DNA of 64,000 bases from Candidatus Latescibacterota bacterium. Its GTDB lineage: Bacteria > Latescibacterota > UBA2968 > UBA8231. Under the pieces are notes generated by a model. It worked only from the letters and a program-made list of their open reading frames with translations, made no database searches and was not told the DNA's origin. How positions within the stretch are numbered: position 1 is the first letter of the stretch; the number at the start of each line of letters is the position of its first letter. This document shows, piece by piece, positions 50,877 to 59,243 of the stretch. The stretch is from positions 6,176,001 to 6,240,000 of the forward strand of contig OZ244561.1 of the NCBI GenBank assembly GCA_965217585.1, read 5' to 3'. The position numbers and the translations under genes are program-made.

Positions 50877-51395
50877 CTATAAGCCGATGTGAAGAAAGGC
50901 CCTCCGGGTAGCGGGCGTGATGGTTTGCCAACGCTTCGAGCCTTGATAGCGGTAAATACCGATTTCGCGTTTCGAAAGCGGGCGAGCGGCGAAGCGCGGC
51001 AGGATTATTGCCAAATGACCTGCCTGCGCAATCATGGGATAGGTGCGATCTGACTCGCTCTGCTGTGATCCGCTTGGATGGACATGAATGTCGGCCACGA
51101 CAGATAGCCCTCTCTCTTTACAAATTGCCCAGAGCGTCCCGAAGTATCGCCCGTCGAAGCGGACTATGCCGGTATCAAGGCAATGCGGATCGAGATCATC
51201 GTACAGGACGAAATCGGTAATACGGGCACGTTTGCCCTTGTAATGCCCAAGCAGAAAAGCTCCACTTTCCCTAGACTTGCCGTGACCGCGTTCCCGTAAG
51301 CAGATCAGCAAACGACGCCAGAGAAACCAGGAACAGGACAACTCATGTCGCGGTGCAAGAAGGCGGCGTATAGTCTCCGCTATGGAGAAGTTCAT
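50877..51395 (-). CDS. bilC: JAB/JAMM metallopeptidase (BilC-like deubiquitinase)
   Basis: ESGAFLLG and HVH...S..D JAMM motif; GGAG RBS before MNFS. Confidence 0.82.
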   Translation of the reverse strand: MNFSIAETIRRLLAPRHELSCSWFLWRRLLICLRERGHGKSRESGAFLLGHYKGKRARITDFVLYDDLDPHCLDTGIVRFDGRYFGTLWAICKERGLSVVADIHVHPSGSQQSESDRTYPMIAQAGHLAIILPRFAARPLSKREIGIYRYQGSKRWQTITPATRRAFLHIGL

Positions 51396-51816
51396 GGACG
51401 ATCTCCAAGTATTGAACAATTCCTTCTACTGGCCGCCATATTTTTGACGGCATCTCGGTTCGCCAATTTTCATGCCCAGCAAAGCTTTCACGGTCACAAG
51501 GTAGATACAGAGCAGAGCCATTTTTCCAGTCGGTGCGAAAAACCGCTGAGACACGACCTCCTTGGCCTTGTGGCCAGAGATTGAATTCCAAGATAGTATC
51601 TTGCCCAGGATCCCATGGGCCGCCTGTAGGCGGAGCTTGCGGATATCCCTGGCAATTGAAGCGCATAACGTATTGACGCTCATCCTTCGCGGGCACGGAG
51701 ATCTGGACAAAGGGCCAGTCGATGCGAATCAAGCGCCAGCGTCCTTCTACTTGCCCGAGGCGGAACGCAGCCTTGGCCACGTCCGCCTCGAATGCTCGCT
51801 GGTCAGGAGCGCTCAA
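51343..51816 (-). CDS. bilB: E2 ubiquitin-conjugating-like protein (BilB-like)
   Basis: GYPQAPP E2 motif; candidate catalytic Cys107 in LYLPCDR; 4-nt overlap with the Ubl gene. Confidence 0.78.
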   Translation of the reverse strand: MSAPDQRAFEADVAKAAFRLGQVEGRWRLIRIDWPFVQISVPAKDERQYVMRFNCQGYPQAPPTGGPWDPGQDTILEFNLWPQGQGGRVSAVFRTDWKNGSALYLPCDRESFAGHENWRTEMPSKIWRPVEGIVQYLEIVHELLHSGDYTPPSCTAT

Positions 51817-52322
51817 GCTACGCTCCCGGTCGAGCCGTTCACCCTCTCGTCGGGGGCTAGGTCAAATGCTTGGCTGCAAGCGGGGCAATCCACCAGTGTG
51901 CCAATATGCGTCCCTGGAGTCGGCCTTTCGTGAGTACCGACCATTTGCAAAGCATACTCACCGGCGTCTTTTGGCTCCATGCCGAATTCCTTTTCGGCTG
52001 CCCAGCACTTGACACGGGCTATGGTCGCGCTTGGCCCGAAGTTGCGCTCGACGGTACGACCATTGAAGGTCACGCTGACTTTGACGAGACAACAGCGATG
52101 CAGGTGGATCTTTATATCCGTCCCCTTAACGCAATCGCTCACCTTCTCGTCTTCGTCGAGTGGATCGTCTTTGTCTTCCAAGAAGATGCACACATCGGCG
52201 GCGAGGCAATGCTTGTCGATCAGCTTGGTTTTGACAGTTGCGAATGTGGCGTCATCCTCAACTTCGACATGCTGTATCTCGCGGGATCCTTCACACTGAT
52301 AAAACAGATCGAGTGTAGCCAT
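51813..52322 (-). CDS. bilA: ISG15-like tandem ubiquitin-like protein (BilA-like)
   Basis: 169 aa, two beta-grasp-sized halves; ends ERVNG(163)-STGSVA; AGGAGG RBS. Confidence 0.78.
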   Translation of the reverse strand: MATLDLFYQCEGSREIQHVEVEDDATFATVKTKLIDKHCLAADVCIFLEDKDDPLDEDEKVSDCVKGTDIKIHLHRCCLVKVSVTFNGRTVERNFGPSATIARVKCWAAEKEFGMEPKDAGEYALQMVGTHERPTPGTHIGTLVDCPACSQAFDLAPDERVNGSTGSVA

Positions 52323-52381
52323 AATACGATCCTCCTAGGCTAGAGCGAAGCTCCATTGCCCGTCTCTGCCCTTCACTCTAT

Positions 52382-52411
52382 TAATCGGGTAGGAGGGTAG
52401 AAAGCGGAAAG
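52382..52411 (-). promoter_or_regulatory. Putative alternative-sigma promoter CTTTCCG-N17-CGATTA upstream of bilA
   Basis: Same boxes and spacing occur upstream of the sigma gene (57358-57387). Confidence 0.7.
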
Positions 52412-52429
52412 TCGAGGTAGAAAAACTTT

Positions 52430-55400
52430 TTATGGGAGAGTCAGTGGCCCACGCGGCGTAGCAGCACAGACGAAAAAGTGCGGGCATCGCGGGCATGTTA
52501 CTTCGTTGATATTAGGTGGGAATTGCCCCTTCGCAATCTCTCTCAACATCTCGTCACTTCTATCTCGTCGTTTGTTGAGCTTATTCGACGAGATCAGTAC
52601 GTCATCGACCATCTCATCCATAAGATGCAGTGCTTGGACCATCGCACGAGTACCGAAATGGGCCTGACCAGCCAATCGATAAAGAGTGTAGTCGAGGCGA
52701 TCATATTCATCTGTGCGCTTGCGTCCTGTTCGGATCTTGCGTAGTGAGATCTTTCCGTCCGGCATATCAGCTATTTCGTCCGGCTCCACGACCACGCGAC
52801 CATTTGGAAAATCTACTGCTAACGGCTCAACCTCACGGGAACGCCGTTCAGTGCTGGCCCTGATTAGGGCCCCAACTAGTTGCAAAGCAAGGCGGCGGTG
52901 TTCGTCAGCGGAATTATGGTCGACAGGCCCATGTTTACGCCAAATTGTATCGAAGGCGGCTTCAGCCTCGGAGAGCGTCGGCTCAACTTCGCGTCGGCGC
53001 TCGGACACCCATTGGATGAGTTTGTAGAGGCAGTTATGGGTTTGAGAATAGGCAGTCGCTTTATGGATACCACCAAGCCCCAACATATGGGTGTAAAAGA
53101 AACGGCGAGGGCATTTCTCATAGGAGATGAGTGTACTATCTGTGACGTGCCATTCGGTGGATTGCGTTACTTGGATAGGCATCGGGCTCTGCATGTGGGC
53201 TGGTCTCGGTAAGACCACTGGATGGGCAATTTTGTCGATTGTCCTCTCTGGTAGCCAATCTAGAAAACGGGACGGAGATCGATTTCTGCCGTTGGAGCTT
53301 CGACGCGCCAAGTGGAGGCACAGATGGGTTTGCGCTCGAGAGAGCGCAACGAAAAACAGGCATTCCTCCTCGTGTTCGTGATTCCGCTTGGCTTCTTCCG
53401 AGACCGAAAAGCCCTCTGATCCCTCAGTCATGCCGATGGGCGGTGGGCATCGTACTCCACGGTACGAAGAGGGGAAGCTCGAAACCGTCAGGCCGGGTAC
53501 ATGGACTGCTTCAAACTCTAGCCCCTTACTACCATGAACAGTCATCAGCCGCACTGCATCTAGGTGGAGTGCGGCTGATGGCACTTGGCGCAAATCCCGC
53601 TCTTCGGCGAGTAGTACGAGCCGTCGGATACGATCCAGCATCCGCTGAATCGGCAAACCTGTGCCGGTCGGAGGCCTCTCGCGGACGAAGTTAAGGAATT
53701 GCCAAATCGCGACGCTCCGAATGTAGTCGGTGGTTGTCGTGGCTTGGGCCATCTCCCGCACAAGGCTAGTGCGATCAAGCAGATACGTTGAGATAAACTC
53801 CCATGCGGACACGCTTGATGAGAGCCCCGACAGATCCTGCGCGAGGCGAGCAAGTGCTGATGAGCCATCAGGCGAGATACCTTGAGCCTCAGCGAGCGTC
53901 TCTAGACCCGAAAGGGCCGGCTGATTGCTATCTCGCAGATGGTGCACTGCGGTATAGACATCTTGCATCGAAAGACCATAGCGAGGCATTGCTCCGACCC
54001 GCGCAAGGCCATTACCAAACGGATCAACCGCGAGGCTTAGAAGTGCTAGTAAATCACGCACTTCCTCGCGTTCGAACAAGCTGCCAAGATGCAAAACAGG
54101 AATGCCGTATGCCTCGAGGGCTGCGGCGATTTCATTCAGACGACGATTTGAGCGACAGAGCACGGCCTGATCACGGAGAGGAACGCCCGCGCATTCGAGG
54201 TCTCGGATGCTTCCGGCGATACCTCCGCCTTCGTCGTCGGGGGTGTCGTAGTACCGGACTTCCGGTTTTCCGAGACCAGAACCTCGGTCAGCGGCAAGGC
54301 CGAGTGGCAACATGCTCTCGGATGCACCCATCCGGGGAGCAACACTGACGAAACTGGCGACGATCTGCTCTGTCGATCTGTAGTTGATGGCGAGTTGGTC
54401 AATCACTGCACCTGGATAGTCGTCGCAAAAACGAGCCATATTGGTAGGGGACGCTCCGCGGAATCGGTAAATGGACTGGCGTGAGTCACCGACTACCCAC
54501 AAGCGTTTGCCATCTCCAGCGACCGCTTTTAACAAGCGTGCGCTCGCCCGGTTTACGTCCTGATATTCGTCGACGAGAAGATGGCGATGCCGTAGTTGAA
54601 TAGCCTGCTTGAGTGCTGGATCGGACTCTAGGAGCAATGCGGGCTGCATGATAAGGTCGCCAAAATCGACGGCACCCTGATCGCGCTTGGCTTGTTCGTA
54701 TAGATCATAGATGTCGGCAATCTCCAAGCACTTCTCGGCTGCCTTGTGAGCCTCATCGTCGTCTGCGGTCGTTTGCATAGCCTCGGCGAGCTTTCGATAG
54801 CGGATTCGGTCAACAAGTTCATCCTTAGCCCGCGAGATGGCAGGGATCACGTCTCGCAACACCATCGTCGGATCCCAGAAGTTGCGATAGTGGACAAGGG
54901 GCAGCGTCGGAAGGCTATCCTCAAGCACATCGATCGCATCACTACGGTCGAACAAGACTGGATTGGACGGTAGACCGAGGCGGTCATAGTGGCGCCGTAT
55001 AAGATCGAGGCCGAAAGCATGGAACGTCCCGATCCAAATACGTGCAGCGGCTTCTGGCACTATGGCCACCAGTCGCTCCAATAACTCACCGGCAGCCCGG
55101 TTCGAGAAGGTAAGGACGAGCAAAGAAGCTGGGTCAACGCCTTCTGCCAAGAGCGATTCAACGCGTTTTACCAGTGTCCGTGTTTTTCCGGTTCCCGGCC
55201 CAGCCTGAAGAAGGAATGGGGCGTCGCGATGTGTGGAAGCCCGGTCTTGCGACTGGTCCGGACTCGGTGTATAAGACGAAGCCATCGCCGGAGCTACTTC
55301 CTCCACCATCGGAAGTAGAAGGGCATCAAATATCTGCTGTCGGACGAGCGCCTTTGGCAAGTTCATGTGCGAGGCGATAGCTGAAGCGGTCATGGCCTTA

Positions 55401-55855
55401 GCTATGTAGAGCCGACGTGCAAAGCTCCGGGGTAGCAGAAATTCCCGAGCGAAAACATTGGCCTGTAGTTCACGCCGTTCCCGAGTGCCATAGTCCTCGA
55501 CACGCTGCAACCCAACGGGTACTACCTCAGTTGAACGGGATAGATCGATGTCATCCTTCGTACAAGCCGTCGAATCAGCGTGGATGTGTGCATGTCCAAG
55601 TTCGTGAGCCACAAGTAATGTACGGTCAATGATATCCCCGGCCATTTCACAGCAGATCGTACCGCTCTGTTCGTCGAACACCGCCCGGGCATTTTTTAGA
55701 GCAGGATCGCCCGGCGCAAGATAGACGAGTTCAAGGTCAAGGTGAGCCACAGCGGCCGTAATAAGTGCCGTAGTATCCACAGGATCAGTCCCCGCCTCGA
55801 TAATCTTATCGCGCAGATGCGCTGCGGACTTTCGGATTGGCTTGAAGGCTTCCAT
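52430..55855 (-). CDS. ImmA/IrrE (M78) metallopeptidase - UvrD/PcrA SF1 helicase - Fe-S PD-(D/E)XK-like fusion
   Basis: AHELGH + ELQANVFAREFLLP; AGPGTGKT, LVDEYQD, VGDSRQSIYRFRGA, NYRS, TVHGSKGLEF, VALSRA; CPRRF...CPRCPHFFVC. Confidence 0.88.
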   Translation of the reverse strand: MEAFKPIRKSAAHLRDKIIEAGTDPVDTTALITAAVAHLDLELVYLAPGDPALKNARAVFDEQSGTICCEMAGDIIDRTLLVAHELGHAHIHADSTACTKDDIDLSRSTEVVPVGLQRVEDYGTRERRELQANVFAREFLLPRSFARRLYIAKAMTASAIASHMNLPKALVRQQIFDALLLPMVEEVAPAMASSYTPSPDQSQDRASTHRDAPFLLQAGPGTGKTRTLVKRVESLLAEGVDPASLLVLTFSNRAAGELLERLVAIVPEAAARIWIGTFHAFGLDLIRRHYDRLGLPSNPVLFDRSDAIDVLEDSLPTLPLVHYRNFWDPTMVLRDVIPAISRAKDELVDRIRYRKLAEAMQTTADDDEAHKAAEKCLEIADIYDLYEQAKRDQGAVDFGDLIMQPALLLESDPALKQAIQLRHRHLLVDEYQDVNRASARLLKAVAGDGKRLWVVGDSRQSIYRFRGASPTNMARFCDDYPGAVIDQLAINYRSTEQIVASFVSVAPRMGASESMLPLGLAADRGSGLGKPEVRYYDTPDDEGGGIAGSIRDLECAGVPLRDQAVLCRSNRRLNEIAAALEAYGIPVLHLGSLFEREEVRDLLALLSLAVDPFGNGLARVGAMPRYGLSMQDVYTAVHHLRDSNQPALSGLETLAEAQGISPDGSSALARLAQDLSGLSSSVSAWEFISTYLLDRTSLVREMAQATTTTDYIRSVAIWQFLNFVRERPPTGTGLPIQRMLDRIRRLVLLAEERDLRQVPSAALHLDAVRLMTVHGSKGLEFEAVHVPGLTVSSFPSSYRGVRCPPPIGMTEGSEGFSVSEEAKRNHEHEEECLFFVALSRAQTHLCLHLARRSSNGRNRSPSRFLDWLPERTIDKIAHPVVLPRPAHMQSPMPIQVTQSTEWHVTDSTLISYEKCPRRFFYTHMLGLGGIHKATAYSQTHNCLYKLIQWVSERRREVEPTLSEAEAAFDTIWRKHGPVDHNSADEHRRLALQLVGALIRASTERRSREVEPLAVDFPNGRVVVEPDEIADMPDGKISLRKIRTGRKRTDEYDRLDYTLYRLAGQAHFGTRAMVQALHLMDEMVDDVLISSNKLNKRRDRSDEMLREIAKGQFPPNINEVTCPRCPHFFVCAATPRGPLTLP

Positions 55856-55859
55856 CTGT

Positions 55860-56519
55860 TTAGAAACTCAGAAGTTGGTGCTGTTGGTCGTCGCTTAGCC
55901 CCGAACTCTTAACAGCCTCGACGAAGCTTTGTCGTTGGTTGCTGTCAGGCTTGTCGGCGGCCTTGTAAAACTGACGACTAGTATTTGTGCTTGGTGCAGC
56001 AAAGTAGGCAGTTACTAGGCTGATCGGAGTATTGAGCGCATCCGCAAGACACTGTAGAAAACTGCTAGGGATGGTATCCGGTTCAATTTGACGATCTCGC
56101 AGCTTGGCGACGAAAACGGTGTTTGCACCGATCCCGTCTGCTAACGCACGAAACGCTGCACGACTTAGTTCGGCGAAGGGATTGGGAGCATCTGCAACTT
56201 CCGGCGACGGAGCACGGTTGCTGGTCAGCTTGGTTGCTTGACGCACGGCGTGTAGGCGATTGTGGAATCGGCTCATTGCACGCGAGACTACAGGACTCAC
56301 ACGGTTCAGATCAATCTCAGCCTTTGAATCGACTTCAGGCTCGGGTCGAAGGGCATCCATAGCGAGTTCGATGGCAAACTCCGTGAGAGAATCGGCATAC
56401 TTCGGGAAGCGCCTAACGAAATCGTCAAGCAGCTCTGCGTCGGGTACACGCTTCGCTAGCGAAAACTCGTACAGCACATCGCGCAACGGTGCCGCGCTGG
56501 GGGTCAAATTCATGGTCAT
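55860..56519 (-). CDS. Hypothetical protein with C-terminal XRE-like HTH (putative anti-sigma/peptidase substrate)
   Basis: Coupled to sigma (4-nt overlap) and helicase (4-nt gap); FRALADGIG...FVAKLRDR...FLQCLADALN resembles a Cro/XRE fold. Confidence 0.55.
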   Translation of the reverse strand: MTMNLTPSAAPLRDVLYEFSLAKRVPDAELLDDFVRRFPKYADSLTEFAIELAMDALRPEPEVDSKAEIDLNRVSPVVSRAMSRFHNRLHAVRQATKLTSNRAPSPEVADAPNPFAELSRAAFRALADGIGANTVFVAKLRDRQIEPDTIPSSFLQCLADALNTPISLVTAYFAAPSTNTSRQFYKAADKPDSNQRQSFVEAVKSSGLSDDQQHQLLSF

Positions 56520-57307
56520 GTCTCCTTTTTTAAGTGTGAAAGTTTCTCTGCTGCTCTTGAGAGACGATTACGAATGGTTCGACCTGAGACATTACATATT
56601 GTCGCTACAGTCACCTCATCAGGATTATTAGATTCGATTTTGTACTCCATGACATGACAGAGGATCACAGCCTTGCGCTCGTCATACGGCAAGGTATCAA
56701 TCGCTTCGTATATCTCTCTTAGCAGGACAGAACTCTCTGCTGTATCCTGACTCCTCAACGCTTCTATAAGTCGGGTGGGGACCTCCTTATGGGGAGGGCT
56801 ATATTCGACGTCATCGGCGTGGTCTGATGGGAACACTAATGGCTTGAGGCGGGCTTTTTCACTTCGCACGAGGTCGGTGTAAAAAGTATAGAACGCCCGG
56901 TTGAAGCGGCATTCAAAATAGTCAAGATCGTCGCGATTTTCTTCCGTGCCATCAGTGGCAAACAACTCGCCAAACTGTCCAAGTACTTCCTCCCGGACAT
57001 CCACAGCAGTCGGGAGTTTGTTGGCCGGGATTTTGGCTAATAAGATTGCTTCACATCGGGTGAGCAAGACAGGAAGCACTGCCTTGAAGACGGCGTCGTT
57101 GCTATTTCGACGTGCGTCCCGGATTAGATGGACCAGACACTCAGAATATACATAATCGGGTGCCTGATGATCGGCAACAGCGAGGTGGCATAGGAGCGTC
57201 GCTGAACTCTGGGCAAGAATCTTATTGATCTGTGCCTCCACTCGATGAGGACGGACATAGAGATTTCCAGTTTTATCGCGTTTGGTCAATGGACAAACCA
57301 TTTTCAT
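56516..57307 (-). CDS. Sigma-70 family (ECF-like) RNA polymerase sigma factor
   Basis: Region-4 signature AIDTLPYDERKAVIL...VATICNVSGRTIRNRLSRAAEKL; AAGGAG RBS. Confidence 0.72.
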   Translation of the reverse strand: MKMVCPLTKRDKTGNLYVRPHRVEAQINKILAQSSATLLCHLAVADHQAPDYVYSECLVHLIRDARRNSNDAVFKAVLPVLLTRCEAILLAKIPANKLPTAVDVREEVLGQFGELFATDGTEENRDDLDYFECRFNRAFYTFYTDLVRSEKARLKPLVFPSDHADDVEYSPPHKEVPTRLIEALRSQDTAESSVLLREIYEAIDTLPYDERKAVILCHVMEYKIESNNPDEVTVATICNVSGRTIRNRLSRAAEKLSHLKKET

Positions 57308-57357
57308 TCTCCTTTATATGAAGCGGATACCGGGCATACAGATCCCTTATACTTCTA

Positions 57358-57387
57358 TAATCGTATTAAGTTGGGGAAACCGGAAAG
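57358..57387 (-). promoter_or_regulatory. Putative autoregulatory promoter CTTTCCG-N17-CGATTA upstream of the sigma gene
   Basis: Matches the motif upstream of bilA. Confidence 0.7.
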
Positions 57388-57402
57388 ATGCCTAAACTTT
57401 TT

Positions 57403-58224
57403 CTAATTTGCAGTATCGACTGGAGCACCAGCAGCTTGTAAAGGTGCCCTAAGCTGCTGACCTGCCTCCACTTCTGGATACTCCAACCACTGCCGTCCAT
57501 CGAGCGTATTCCCACCCGCTTTAGGAGTGCGCCCACCCCATTGCTTAAAGAAAAAGGCGACGCGCTGGGCCTGACACCGGTCGCGCAATGCCCGCACCCA
57601 TTCTGCTTGCACCGGACGCGCTCCCGGCCCGCTCTCACCCCCGGCGATTACCCAATGAATACCCGCGAAATCCACCGCGCCGATTGGACCGAGCAACGGC
57701 TCGAAGGAAACGAAGCGCACGGAGGCATTGGTCTGTTGCAAGTGCCGGAGGCGCGTCAAAGCCGCGTGGTTTTCGACGGACACGCCGAGCCAGATATGCG
57801 AGGGAGCCGCTTGGCCCCGGCGATGCCCTGAGCTTGCCGAAGCACCAGTCGAAGGGTAGCGCTCTTGGACGAAACGGCGCATCAGTGAACTGCGCTTGGT
57901 AAGCACTTGATAGATATGCCAATCGGCGCGCTCCATGGTGTCGAATACGCGCTCAATGTACTCGGTGGGAATGTCCTTGTGGAAGAGATCGCTCATCGAA
58001 TTGACGAAGATGAGCTGTGAACGCCGCCAGTGCATGGGTTGTTCGAGGCGCTTGGGGCGAAGGGTTAGATCAAAGCCCGACTCGAAAGGGTGTCCCTCGA
58101 CGCCGCGGAAACGCTCAGAAAGGCGCTCGGCATAGCAATGGTCGCAGCCAGCGCTAATCTTCGTGCAGCCGGTGGCTGGGTTCCAAGTGCTGTTAGTCCA
58201 CTCGATAGTGCTTTTGCGAGACAT
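57403..58224 (-). CDS. DUF5131 (phage Gp37/Gp68-like) radical-SAM-like protein
   Basis: IEWT..TWNP.TGCTKISAGCDHCYA, FVNSMSDLFH, LTKR, SFEPLL, GGESG, FFFKQWG. Confidence 0.88.
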   Translation of the reverse strand: MSRKSTIEWTNSTWNPATGCTKISAGCDHCYAERLSERFRGVEGHPFESGFDLTLRPKRLEQPMHWRRSQLIFVNSMSDLFHKDIPTEYIERVFDTMERADWHIYQVLTKRSSLMRRFVQERYPSTGASASSGHRRGQAAPSHIWLGVSVENHAALTRLRHLQQTNASVRFVSFEPLLGPIGAVDFAGIHWVIAGGESGPGARPVQAEWVRALRDRCQAQRVAFFFKQWGGRTPKAGGNTLDGRQWLEYPEVEAGQQLRAPLQAAGAPVDTAN

Positions 58225-58263
58225 GAGAGACCTTTACGCAACCAAAAATCATAACTGAACATA

Positions 58264-58291
58264 ATTGTAGTATTTCCCGGTCCAATGTCAA
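58264..58291 (-). promoter_or_regulatory. Sigma70-type promoter for the DUF5131 gene
   Basis: TTGACA-N16-TACAAT, 40 nt upstream of the ATG. Confidence 0.6.
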
Positions 58292-58459
58292 GGTGGCCTT
58301 GGGTACGGGCGACCTGCCGAGGACAGCGACCCCCTCCGCATGCACGATAATCCCGCTATCGAGTTGACAATGCTCAGAGCGTCTATCTTATTGACACATA
58401 AGTACTGAACCGCCGCCTGACGGAAGGCGCAAATTCTTTGTGGGCATTAGGTTATATCC

Positions 58460-58801
58460 ATGCATACTGTAGTGGAATTACCTGAATATTTGCGCCGGGC
58501 AGACCGGTTGCTATCGGAGGATGAGCGCCAAGAGCTGGTCGATTATCTGGCAGAGCATCCCGAAGCGGGTATCATAATGCGCGGCATGGGAGGGATCAGG
58601 AAGCTCCGATGGGCACGCACGGGGATGGGCAAGCGCGGCGGTGTACGGGTTATCTACTACTACCACAACGAGCAGATGCCGCTTTACCTCTTAACATTGT
58701 TCGGCAAAGGAGCGAAAGACGATCTCAACTCCTCTGAGCGTCGTGCGTTGCGCGACTTCGTCCACAACTTGATCGAGACATGGAGAAGGCCCCATGAGTA
58801 G
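58460..58801 (+). CDS. RelE/HigB family toxin
   Basis: P.AG.IM.G.GGIRKLRW...GKRGGVRVIYY, LLTLFGK. Confidence 0.88.
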   Translation: MHTVVELPEYLRRADRLLSEDERQELVDYLAEHPEAGIIMRGMGGIRKLRWARTGMGKRGGVRVIYYYHNEQMPLYLLTLFGKGAKDDLNSSERRALRDFVHNLIETWRRPHE

Positions 58802-59087
58802 CGTTTTTGAGAGTATCAAACAAGGATTGACTGAAGCGATCGAGCACGCGGCAGGCCAGCCAAGTCAGGCGGTCGTGCATCCTCCAAAGACCACCGATGT
58901 AAAAGCTATTCGGGAGCAAGTCGGTATGACGCAAACGGCCTTTGCGGCCGCATTTGGTATTAGCCTCAGCACCCTGCGGCATTGGGAGCGAGGGGATCGG
59001 ACCCCTAAAGGACCCGCACGGGTGTTGCTACATGTGGCGGCTCGCGAACCCCAGGCGGTTTTGCGAGCTTTGAAGAAAGCGAGTTAA
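58794..59087 (+). CDS. HigA-like XRE HTH antitoxin
   Basis: FESIKQGL.EA, DVKAIRE..GMTQ..FA...TLRHWERG.R.P.GPA. Confidence 0.88.
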   Translation: MSSVFESIKQGLTEAIEHAAGQPSQAVVHPPKTTDVKAIREQVGMTQTAFAAAFGISLSTLRHWERGDRTPKGPARVLLHVAAREPQAVLRALKKAS

Positions 59088-59125
59088 AGACCGCTCGACA
59101 TGCTTTTTGGCTCTTCTTCGCCCTC

Positions 59126-59222
59126 TGATTATCGGGATGAATATCCTAAAGTGACGCAAGCAGATTTGGACCGTGCGGTATTCCGCGTTGGACTCAAGCC
59201 TGCGCCACGTAAGCAACGCATC
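59126..59222 (+). pseudogene. Remnant of a BrnA-like antitoxin N-terminus
   Basis: DYRDEYPKVTQADLDRAVFRVGLKPAPRKQRI stops where the RHH part (ITIxLD...) would begin; in frame with the Uma2 gene. Confidence 0.5.
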
Positions 59223-59243
59223 GCCAGAGAGAGGACGGCAACC

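Noticed and set aside
52430-55855. Housekeeping UvrD/PcrA or AddA/AdnA
   Set aside because: The N-terminal M78 peptidase, the absence of a partner helicase-nuclease subunit and the island location argue against it.
57403-58224. Prophage
   Set aside because: Despite the Gp37/Gp68 name, no structural, terminase or integrase genes are present.
59100-59243. Genuine N-terminal extension of Uma2 copy 2
   Set aside because: The RBS and ATG at 59244 match copy 1; the upstream frame looks like an antitoxin remnant.
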